This document shows positions 50,630 to 60,960 of a stretch of DNA of 64,000 bases, piece by piece. Positions within the stretch are counted from its first letter, which is position 1, and the number at the start of each line of letters is the position of its first letter. Position numbers and translations under genes: made by a program. Source of the stretch: Amphiscolops sp. MND2022 (Eukaryota); NCBI GenBank assembly GCA_964187785.1, contig CAXLNC010001016.1, positions 1 through 64,000 of the forward strand, given 5' to 3'. The notes beneath the pieces are model-generated. The model was not told the origin of the DNA and did no database searches. It saw only the letters and a program-made list of their open reading frames with translations.

Positions 50630-50878
50630 TTACGATTACAATCCCCATATGCAGGAGTCTCCACACCCCCGAGCCCCGAAATCCTCAAAACGTCTCAAGA
50701 AGGTCTTCGCGGGCCTCCCCACCCGGAGAATCAAAAAAGTGTCGCAAAAGTCCCCGAACACTGATTTTGACACCTTCTTTTTGACACCTTTTTGGGACTT
50801 TTTGGACACTTTTTGACACTCTGGGCCGGTTCGGGCCCAAAAGGCCTCGGGACTCCTATATGTCTGTTCCCATCGCAA
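50630..50878. mobile_element. MITE, TTRCGAT termini, degenerate 8-bp TSD
   Basis: AGATTGAT / GTATTGAT flanks (6/8); imperfect TIRs. Confidence 0.65.
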
Positions 50879-50901
50879 GTATTGATGGCACTATCATTCT
50901 T

Positions 50902-50932
<31 letters not shown>

Positions 50933-52639
50933 ATATTAGCAACGCCACCCCAATTATCATGATTATCACAATCATCAGCATGTGGCTAGCCGCTAGCGAT
51001 TGGAATGTTGACCCACCATATGTTACTTGGCCTTCTGTTTTCAGCACCATTCATGATTGAGCACACGTTGGAGCATCAAGTCGGACACAACAACTGCTCG
51101 AGACACAAGAGCAGAGTGAAGACCTTGATGCACCGCTTCGATCTGCAACAACAACCAGAAGTGTTCCTTCCTCAGCGAGACTTGAGAAGACTCTAACTTT
51201 CATTTCCAAAAAAAAAAAGCGAAGAAGACTAGGACAGGGCAGTGTCGACGCAAGCTTCGTGGCAGCTTTGCCTTTAGGTGCCCAAAATCCTGGAATCTAG
51301 CGATTCAGAAAAATTCCTGAAACTATCCCGGCATTTTCCTGGAATTTTCCTCGGGAACCCCAGAAAAGATCTCGGAAACAGCCACAGGCTTTCGAGCTTT
51401 TTGAATTTCACCCTGGCTTGTCAATGAGCAGCATGAATAGTTTCATCCGCTTCAGTTTCAGCGTTTGGGGGGCCAATAGGCTCTACTCAAATCCAACAGC
51501 TTGAGGAGCAAAAAGAGGGCTTTGGAGCAGATGTAACTTTGGCTCTAAAAGACTTATTCTCTACAATGGCTGCATCGCTTGCCTGAACTTGCCTCTCGCG
51601 AGAAATGCCTTATTGCCCATCGAATACGCGTTTTTCGGAAGGAGTGACCCATCAAGGCAGAGAATTCACCTAAAAGTTGCACAGGACAAGACAGGGCCAG
51701 TCATGGCAGAGGAGAGATTCCAAGTAGCCCTCATCGAGTTCTGTCATATGGTTGTTGCCAGAACAACCATGTTTCTGACCTTGCTACGTCATCACGAAAG
51801 GTCGGGGCAGGCCAAACAGGGTCGGGGAAGTGGTTTTAGCCAGATGTCATCAAATCCAGTCAAAATTAAAGCCACTCCAAACACATGTTTCAAGGGCACA
51901 AGGTGCACCCCAACGGGGCTAAGAACATAAAATTCGTGAAATCTATCCGACTCCATATGCGGCCAGTCCCATTCACCCAGCATGACAGAAGAATTGCGAC
52001 TCTTCACCACAAAACCTTGACCCCGCCCTGTAAAATCTACTGAATCTGACAGCTGGTTTCCCCTGGAAAATACAGACAGAAGGCCTCAAAAGCCCCACAT
52101 GTTGTAAATCTTTTCCTCCTGTCACATCAGAGACTCATTTCCCAAAGGACCGAGCCGTACTAAAACACTACGGCGACGCAAATGATTGTGAATTACTACG
52201 CCGTAGCGTTTTTACTATGCCCCCTTTTTCTATGCCATGAACCCTTCTTTGAGAGGAAAAAGGCCTGTAAAAACAAGGAAACGGTATTCTCACAGGGCCC
52301 GGGTCGTCGCGAGGGTGAATCACTGCGCATAGCAATTTCTGACACTACACATAGTACATTCACTACGCGTAGTATTTCTAGTACGGCCGNNNNNNNNNNN
52401 NNNNNNNNNNNNNNNNNNNNNNNNNNNNNNNNNNNNNNNNNNNNNNNNNNNNNNNNNNNNNNNNNNNNNNNNNNNNNNNNNNNNNNNNNNNNNNNNNNNN
52501 NNNNNNNNNNNNNNNNNNNNNNNNNNNNNNNNNNNNNNNNNNNNNNNNNNNNNNNNNNNNNNNNNNNNNNNNNNNNNNNNNNNNNNNNNCATAAACCACA
52601 CCAAAAAAGAAGCAAAGGGTTCGCTTGCAGAAGTCCCAA

Positions 52640-53360
52640 AGCGTTGGATTGCTCACCCTTCAGTCCTGGACAAAAATACAAAACAATGGGGGAGGTTTCC
52701 CCGTAACAAAAAGCATACTTTTAAAAATGAACAAAGCCCGGGTTCACATCGTGGAGAAGGGACATTTGTTTAAAACCCGGCTTTTGTTCTTTTTGTTGGT
52801 TTTGTTCCCCTACAAAAATAGGATAAATTTGAAAAAGTGCTCGAAACCCGGGTTTTGTTCATTTTGTTGATCTTAGGTGTTACGTAAAAATGCGTAAAGC
52901 CCGGATTTTGTTCATTTTGTTCATTCCTGTGGGGAGATTTCCCCTTAAAAAAGGCTAATTTTTAAAGAGGTGCTCAAACCCGGCTTTGTTCATTTTATGG
53001 GGAAGGGAAAAATGAACAACACTTGTTCATTTTGTTCATTTTTTGGGGAACCTTTGAGGGTCTTATTAGACATCCCTCAAAAGGTTCCCCGAAAAGAATA
53101 ACAAAATTAACAAAATTAACAAAACCCGGGTGTTGTTCATTGTTGCGTCAAACCTAAGATCAACAAAATGAACAAAATGATCAAAACCCAGGTTTCGAGC
53201 ACTTTTTGAACTCTATCCTTTTTTTTAAGGAGGAAATCTCCCCCCCCGAGAATGAACAAAATGAACAAAATGGACAAAACCCGGGTTTTGTTCATTTCTC
53301 GCAAGGTAGAAGGAACAAAATGAGCAAAATGAACAAAACCCGGGTTTTGTGGACATTAAT
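52640..53360. repeat. Two adjacent fold-back blocks of AATGAACAAA/TTTGTTCATT and AAACCCGG motifs
   Basis: Motif copies in both orientations. Confidence 0.75.
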
Positions 53361-53611
53361 TTGTTTATAGTAACGCTGTCAAGGATTCTCTTATGAGGAA
53401 TTTATACTAATTCTGTGAAATGGTATCTTATGATGATTTTTTTACCAGAATCAGATCTGGATTGAGAAATTGTCAGGGGGCAAAACTTTGGCCCAATATT
53501 GGCCCAACTGTTTTGTGCCCCAAAATGCGTGTTTCTGCAGTCCCAGTGTGATTTTTGATATCTTCTGGCGGAAAAAAGGTGAGGGCCATGTATATATATA
53601 TATGTATATAT

Positions 53612-55560
53612 GCTGTAGGGTCAATAACTTGGCCACCATAAGTCAATAACTTGGCCACCTTTTTTATTATTTTTTGTTGTTTTGTTTGTTTTTCAAAAAT
53701 ATTCTTCTTTCTGCAGGGAGAATGAGATAAAAAACAGTTTTAGCAAAAAAGCACGTGAAAACTGTAGGGTCAATAACTTGGCCACATTTTCCAATTTTTT
53801 TGCAAAGAATGTAGCCAAGTTATTGACCCTACCGTGGCCAAGTTATTGACCTACAATTTTGACCCAAAAAACTAAAAATCAACATCTCAAATCATCAAAA
53901 AACCTATTTTTATAGTGTTTTTTGAGCAGCAAGGAAAAAACAACAAAACGGCCAAAAAAAACAATAACTTTGGCACATGCAACCATAACTTGTGTTGTAA
54001 GAAATACCCGGAAGTACTTCCACTTTTTTGTTTTTTTTTGTTTCTGTTTTTTGGCTATGCCTAACTTAACAACATAACAACACAAAAACACAACAACAAG
54101 GACAAAAAACACAAAAATCAACAAAACCAAAAATCAGCTTAAGAACAACAAAAACAAGAATTAGAGTTACAACAACAAAGACAATGGCACAAACAAAATG
54201 GAAGAAGAACAACAACAAGAAGAAAAGAGAAAGAAAAGAAGAAACAAAGGAAGAAAGAAAGGAAGGAAAGAAGAAAGAGGAAAATAAAGAGAAAGGCAAG
54301 AAAGGAAAGAAGGAATGAAAGAGANNNNNNNNNNNNNNNNNNNNNNNNNNNNNNNNNNNNNNNNNNNNNNNNNNNNNNNNNNNNNNNNNNNNNNNNNNNN
54401 NNNNNNNNNNNNNNNNNNNNNNNNNNNNNNNNNNNNNNNNNNNNNNNNNNNNNNNNNNNNNNNNNNNNNNNNNNNNNNNNNNNNNNNNNNNNNNNNNNNN
54501 NNNNNNNNNNNNNNNNNNNNNNNNNNNNNNNNNNNNNNNNNNNNNNNNNNNNNNNNNNNNNNNNNNNNNNNNNNNNNNNNNNNNNNNNNNNNNNNNNNNN
54601 NNNNAAAACACGTGTTTGTTTGATGTTTTTTTTCTTNNNNNNNNNNNNNNNNNNNNNNNNNNNNNNNNNNNNNNNNNNNNNNNNNNNNNNNNNNNNNNNN
54701 NNNNNNNNNNNNNNNNNNNNNNNNNNNNNNNNNNNNNNNNNNNNNNNNNNNNNNNNNNNNNNNNNNNNNNNNNNNNNAGCAACAACAAAAAACACAAAGA
54801 TACAACAACAACAACCAGAACAAAAAAAAACAACAAAGAACAACAAAAACAACAAGAACTCTGCCATGACTGTGCTTCTCTCTTCCTTTTTGGGGGGGGG
54901 GGGCTTCGCCCCCCCCCCCAACCCCCCCCTGTTTTTTGGTTTGGCATCTTCTCAGGCATTTCTGTCTAAAAGGCACCAAAAAGTTATCATTTTTTCCCCT
55001 CTAAGTCTGTCCTCTTTGTAACATAGCCTTTTTGAAAAAAATGGTTGCCACCCAATTTTTCGGGAAACGCTACAAAAGTAGGGGTTTTTGAGGATTTTGA
55101 AAAACCCGATTTTTTGGAAAAAATGGTGGAACTACTTCCTGCCCGTTTTCAAGCCCCCCCCAAAAATGGGTATTACTTTTTTTTTGGCCTTTTTTTTTTC
55201 TTCTTTTTCTGTTTCTTCTGCATCTAGCAAGAGGGTGCTCAAAAAAAACCTATTTTTATAGGGTTTTTTGCACACCCTTCGAAAGCATCTAGTGACATCA
55301 TGCAGCAACAAGGAAGTAAAGCCTAAACTCCCCCCAAAAAAGGTGCACAATTTTTTTTTCGGAAACCTCTTTTTTTGACCAACAACAACTTTCAAAAACA
55401 CTAATTTTGCACCACCCCCCTGAAAACTGTGCACCAAAAAATCTCCAAAAACCCCTATTTTTATAGGCTCAAAAAAAGGTGGCCAAGTTATTGACCCTAC
55501 CGTGGCCAAGTTATTGACCTTAAAATGGCCAAAACGTGGCCCAGTTATTGACCCTACAGC
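53612..55560. mobile_element. TA-flanked TIR element B, inverted copy of element A
   Basis: Same GCTGTAGGGTCAATAAC...GTTATTGACCCTACAGC ends; interior is the reverse complement of A (e.g. 54940-54980 vs 42600-42640). Confidence 0.9.
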
Positions 55561-55582
55561 ATATATACATATATATATATGT

Positions 55583-57252
55583 GCTGTGAAGTTATTATCT
55601 GGGCCAAGTTTGGCCATTTCAGGTGTTATTATCTGGGCCAAGTAGGTGTTATTATCTGGGCCAAGCTGTTTCTAGCCTATTTTTATAGTGGTTTCAGGCT
55701 TTTTTTGACACACTCAGTTATCATTTTGTGTTTTTTTTTGGTGCCCAATTATCTGCTAATTCTCTTAAATAGCCTTTTGCAAAAAAAGGGTGCACAATTT
55801 GGGTTTTTCAATTTCTCTGCTTTAAGTTAACTTTAAAAATCTCTTTTTTAGGTTTGCTATAACACTATAAAAATCGGGGTTTCGGCAGATTTTTGTGTGC
55901 GTTTTTGTTGTTGACAGAGAAGAAAAGAGCCCCCCAAAATGATAACTGGAATTTCTGGATTTGGTTTTTTTGTCCAAAAATGGCCGTTTCGTGACGCATA
56001 ACTGTTTTTCAAAAATTTGTTCTCGGAATCCCCAAATTTTATAGTGTTTTGGAGGTGCGCGCTTTCTGGGCCAAGATGTCAAAAAAAGGCAATTTTTGGA
56101 CATCCCCCCTGAAAAAGAAAAATTGGCTGATAACTGAAAAGTTCATTGTTTGGTAGTTTCTGGTTTGTCTTGTTTTTTTTTCTTTTTTTCTTTTCTTTGG
56201 TTTTTTTGTTTTTTTGTTGATTTTTTTTTTTGGAGGGTTTACGGGTCAGGTGAGATGGCCCGAAGGGCCACCTCACTTGGCCCTAGACCCTCCTTATTTT
56301 TTTTTGTTTTAAGTTATTTTTGGTGGGTGTAAGGGTCAGGTGAGGTGGCCCAAAGGGCCACCTCACTTGGCCCCAAGCCCTCGTTATTTTGTGTTTTTTT
56401 TTTTGTTTTTTTTTCGTGTCTTTGCTTTGAATAGAAAAATGTTTTCCCCCCTAACAAGGGCATTTTTGCATATTTTTGAGTGTCGCCCTTTGTTTCTCCT
56501 TACCCTTTTTTGACCTCCCCCTTTTTCACTTCCTCTTTCTCTGTCTCTCTCTTGTTTTTTTTTTTCTTCCTTCCTTCTTGTCTTTCTTTGTTCGCTTTCT
56601 TTTGGTTCCTTTTTGTCTCTTTCTTTTCCTTCTTCTTTGCTTTCGTGTCATGAAAAGAACAACATGAAACTATTAAACTTTAAAGTTTTTTATTCCGTTT
56701 TTTTTGGGGGGGTTTCCTGTCTTGTTTTTCTTTCAAATCCCTTTTTCTTGTCTTTGCTTTTTCTGATTTTAGTTTGTGTTTTTTGTTCAACATCAATGTT
56801 TTTGCTTTCAAAAAAGACAAGTAAAAAAAACAAAAAAACACCAATTTTTGAAAAAGGGGTTGCAACAAAACGTTTTTTTTATGAACCCCTGTTTTGCAAA
56901 ATGTGAAAAGTTATCGTTTTGTGGCCCCTTTTGCCAAATTTTGGTTGATGTTACAAAAGACTCTGAAAATAGGTATCTCAGCACATTTTTACTGGCAAAA
57001 AAAATGCCATTTTGAGGTGTTATTATCTGGGCCAAGTGGGTGTTATTGTCTGGGCCAAGTTTGGCGCAACTTAAAAATGGCCAACTTGGCCCAGATAATA
57101 ACACCTCAAATTTATGCACGCAATTTTCAAACAAACAAAATGTGCTGAACCCCTATTTTATAGTGTCTTGTGACAAACATTGTTTTGGAGAAAATAAACT
57201 TGGCCCAGATAATCACACCTCAAAAGGGCAAATTTGGCACAGATAATAACAC
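55583..57252. mobile_element. TA-flanked TIR element C (1.7 kb)
   Basis: Starts GCTGTGAAGTTATTATCTGGGCCAAG; motif TTATTATCTGGGCCAAG repeated at both ends in both orientations; right end GGCACAGATAATAACAC then (TA)n. Confidence 0.8.
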
Positions 57253-57328
57253 ATATATAAATAGATAGATAGGTAGATAGATATATATGTATATGTATAT
57301 GTATAGGAATATATATATATATATATAT

Positions 57329-58887
57329 GCTGGAGAGTTGTTAGTTTGTCCACTTTTTGGAGAGTTATTCGTTTGGCCACCTCGAAAGTTGTTAGTTTGT
57401 CCATCTCTTTGGGGGCATTTTCGCACTACAAAAAGAGTTTGTTTTGAAGATGTTTGTTTCGAACGTTGGTCACAATTAGTGTTTTTGTGTTTTCTGTTCA
57501 CTATTTTTCTGCGGGAGTTGGCGTTTTTGAAAATGCCCGTTTTTGTGCCCGTTTTTGGGTTTGCACGAATTGTGCAAAAAGGGTGCACACTGTTTGTTTC
57601 ACAACTTAAAAACAGAACAAAAAAACTCTGAAACCACTATTTCTCAGCAAGAATCTGGTTTTTGTTGCAAAGCGACAAAAACTGATTTTGCTTCTGGGTG
57701 GTCAAAACAAAAAACACTAATTGGGCACATGGGTGTTCTTGGATCCGAAGAATGGTTTTGTTTTAAAAACAAAATGATGATGTTTAAAAAATCTGCAGGT
57801 TTGTGAGGTTTTTACTCTTGATTTTGTAACCCTTTCCCCCAGACTTTTGGTTTTCTCTGTCTATTTTTCTTATGTTTTGTTCTTGTTTTACTTGTTCTTG
57901 TTGTTGTTTGAAAGGCTCGTTTGTGTGTTCTGGTTGTTGTTTCCTTTTTTGGTTCTTGGTTCTTCGGGCCACCTCACTTGGCCCTAAAACCCTCCTTATT
58001 ATTTCTTTGGTTTGTTTTATATGTTTCTTCTGTTTTTGGGAAGGGCTTAAAGGTCAGGTGAGGTGGCCCGAGGGCCACCTCACTTGGCCCTAAACCTCAT
58101 TATTATTTGTTTAATTTTTGGGGGTACATTTTTGGGGTTTTGTTTTTCTTTCTTTTCTTCATAAGACAAAATCCTTGCTTCATCCCCTAAAAACCATTTT
58201 TGTTTGTTTGCTGAGCGTCTGCCTTGCTTTGTCCTCAGCCTTTTTTCAGGACCCCTGTTTGTTATTTTCTGTCTTTTTGGTTTTCTTATGTTTTTTAGGT
58301 TTTTGGGGTTTTCTTCCTTTCTTTCTTTGTTTTTATTTGTTTCTCTTTCATTGTTTATTTATCTTTTTTTTCCTTTTTTTGGTTTGTTTTTTTTTTGTGT
58401 TTTGGTTGTTCTTTCTTGTTTGTTGGTACAATGCTAACATAAGATAGTAAATTATGAGAAGATAAAAACATAATATGGAAGCATGAGCCAAAAAAGGAAC
58501 AAAAATAACAAATACAACAACATAACATGTTTCTTTATAAATACGACGTTCGAATTGAAGAAAGTTATTAGTTTGTCCACCGATGTGTCAACCTGGCTTT
58601 TAATAAAGGTTCTACTTTTTCAAAAATGCCCCAATGAGACCCAAATATTGGAAGACATAGAGCCTTTTGAAAGTGATGAGTTTGGCCACCTCGAAAATTG
58701 GTAGTTTGTCCACTTTTGGGGGTCAAAAATCGACCCCAAAAGCGGACAGATAATAACTCTCCGCAGTGGCCAAACTAATAATTTTCATTTTGCTTCTGGC
58801 TGCTGTGAGAATGATGTCTTCAAAAAAGTGGCCAAACGAATAACTTACGGAAAGGCCAAAAAGTGGGCAAACTAAAAACTCTCCGGC
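57329..58887. mobile_element. TA-flanked TIR element D (1.56 kb)
   Basis: TIRs GCTGGAGAGTTGTTAGTTTGTCCACTTTTTGG ... CCAAAAAGTGGGCAAACTAAAAACTCTCCGGC; (TA)n on both sides. Confidence 0.85.
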
Positions 58888-58911
58888 ATATGTATATATA
58901 TATATATATCT

Positions 58912-59860
58912 GCTGTAGAGTTAAAAGTTGGTCCAATATTTGGGGGTTTATGTGTTTTCGCAAAATTGTCGGGCTGTCAAACGTGAGGTTTTCGAAAGGA
59001 AAATTGCATTTGGTTTGTCTTTTTTATGTTGCTGAAAGAGAAACAGAAAAATTGGAAAAGGCCCCAAAGCCCTAGAAAAATAGTGATCATCCAAAAATTA
59101 GAAAAATGAAAAATATGGATTTTAGCAGAAACTGCCGGACGCTATTTGTGTCGGGAAGTGAGAAAAAAACGCGCATTTTCGTGCACACTATCTGTTTTGG
59201 CCAAGATTCTTTTGGGGTCCAAGACAGTCCAGACCAGGAATAAACTATAAAATAGTGGTTTCAACGGAAGCTGCCTAAAACCCAAAAAGACATTTTTTTG
59301 AAAAAGGTGTTTTTTGGGGTGGGTGTAAAAGTGGTTCTTACTAACTGTCTTTTTGAAAAGCTGTGTTCTCCTGATAACATTATTTTTAGTGTTTTCAGCA
59401 AAGCACAGCAATTGCAGTAAACAGATGTGTGTTGAAAACACAGAAAATATATGAAAAATTGTAGGTTGGGTTTGAACATGGCAAAAATATGTTTTTAGTT
59501 TGTTTTTTGAGGTTTTAATGGTTTTGTGGCAGGTAAAGTTGCAGAAGTGTTAAAAATGCCTGTTTTTTCTTCCCATTTGGGGGGCCTTTTCGGGGGTGGT
59601 TTATTCTTGTTTTCTTTGCGTTTGGAAGGTTTAGGTGTTGTGTTTCTTGCTTTTGTTTTCTTTGGTTTAGGTTTTTTTTGTTTATTTTTGTTTTGTTCTT
59701 TTTTGGTGTTGTTCTTGTTTATGTTTTTGGGGGTTGTTCTATTTTTACTTTTATTTTTTATTTTTGTTTGTTCTTGTTTGTTTTGTTTGTTTGTGTTGGA
59801 GTGTATTTGTTGTTTTTGTGTTTTCATGTTGTGTTTTTCGGTTGCTTTTGTTTGGTTCTT
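58912..59860. mobile_element. TA-flanked element E, right end not found
   Basis: (TA)n then GCTGTAGAGTTAAAAGTTGGTCCA; interior resembles the other stacked elements; no matching right TIR seen. Confidence 0.6.
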
Positions 59861-60439
59861 GTCAATGAACCTCCTCCCTCCGGTCCATTGGGGTCGTGGT
59901 TCCAGAAACATGCAGGCATGTCAGTTAGATTCAGGTTCAGGTGAGGACCTACCTGTCTCGTCTCATGTGTGCATGTGCACTGTTTTTGGTGACCCATCAC
60001 TGACTTGATGGATGGACGTCCCACAAGCCTTAAAGGCTCAAGGGAGTAGTAGCTGTAGCAAGATAGAAGTTGCATCACCAGCGGTACCAGTAGCACATAG
60101 CCTGAGTCATCAGCTGCCAGATGCCAGCAAGCGAGTGCGATTGAGAAGAAAGCAGGTATCAATCGATCAGCTCTGTTGCACCATTCCCACTAAGGGACAA
60201 CATGGTGGAGCAGAGCGGTAGAATACCACGGGACGCACTGGGGATGGACTTGCCAGTGGGGCATTACGCAAGGAGTGACGCTCCACCCCCGTCATCGTCC
60301 TGTGAAAAGACGAGTCCGCTCTAAAGCAAGCAGTGCGTCAGCCTCTGGAAGGGAAAGGGCACCTATGCCTCAGCTACCCCAGTGGCGAGCCCTGCAACAA
60401 GAATCTCAGGATGCCTCATTGAGCGAAGGTTCGATTCCA

Positions 60440-60960
60440 TCATCATCCCCGCGAAGTGGGCCAACAAGAGCACTCCTGCATTTGCTTGATTCGATCCACG
60501 ATTTCACCCATCGCGCTGGCCACATTCTGCAACCTCTCAGCGTCCACCTTCTGCTCTGATACCGATCCCACATGTTTCAATCCCTGATAGAGATAGTCAC
60601 ACGCTTGTTGTAGGACATAGATGGCCGCCTCGATGTTCTCAGATTTGACTCTATCCGCAATGGCCATGTCTGAGCGATCTGTGTGAAAGTCCTTTCCACA
60701 CTCCCATCTTCAGCCTTATCCTCCGCCCATTGCTGCAAGATGGCTCTTGCCATGGTCGGATCAAAGACTTGTTCATTGTCCCTTTGCGGAGGCGTGGCAG
60801 ACGAAGCACTTGCTGCCGCCAGGTTTGGGCTCATAACCTGTATTGGAATTGGCAAGATCGGAGAAGAGAGGGATCTGGGAATCGGTGTCACATTAAAGCT
60901 CTCGTCAATCCTTGAGGCGCGGGGAGTTTGGGTAGCCATGGATGGAACAAAGCTCAAAGG
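60440..60960 (-). pseudogene. Inverted fragment of a decayed TE-like ORF
   Basis: Overlapping minus frames 60577-61008 and 60443-60667 read as one frameshifted protein-like stretch (PIQVMSPNL...ARAILQQWAE / ENIEAAIYVLQQACDYLYQGL); QVMSP also occurs in the large ORF. Confidence 0.4.

Noticed and set aside
54066-55021. ORFs of 100-297 aa
   Set aside because: Mostly N gaps and low-complexity sequence.
42086-57252. CRISPR-like recurrence of 17-nt motifs (GGTCAATAACTTGGCCA, TTATTATCTGGGCCAAG)
   Set aside because: Irregular spacing, both orientations, confined to element ends, no unique constant-length spacers and no cas genes.
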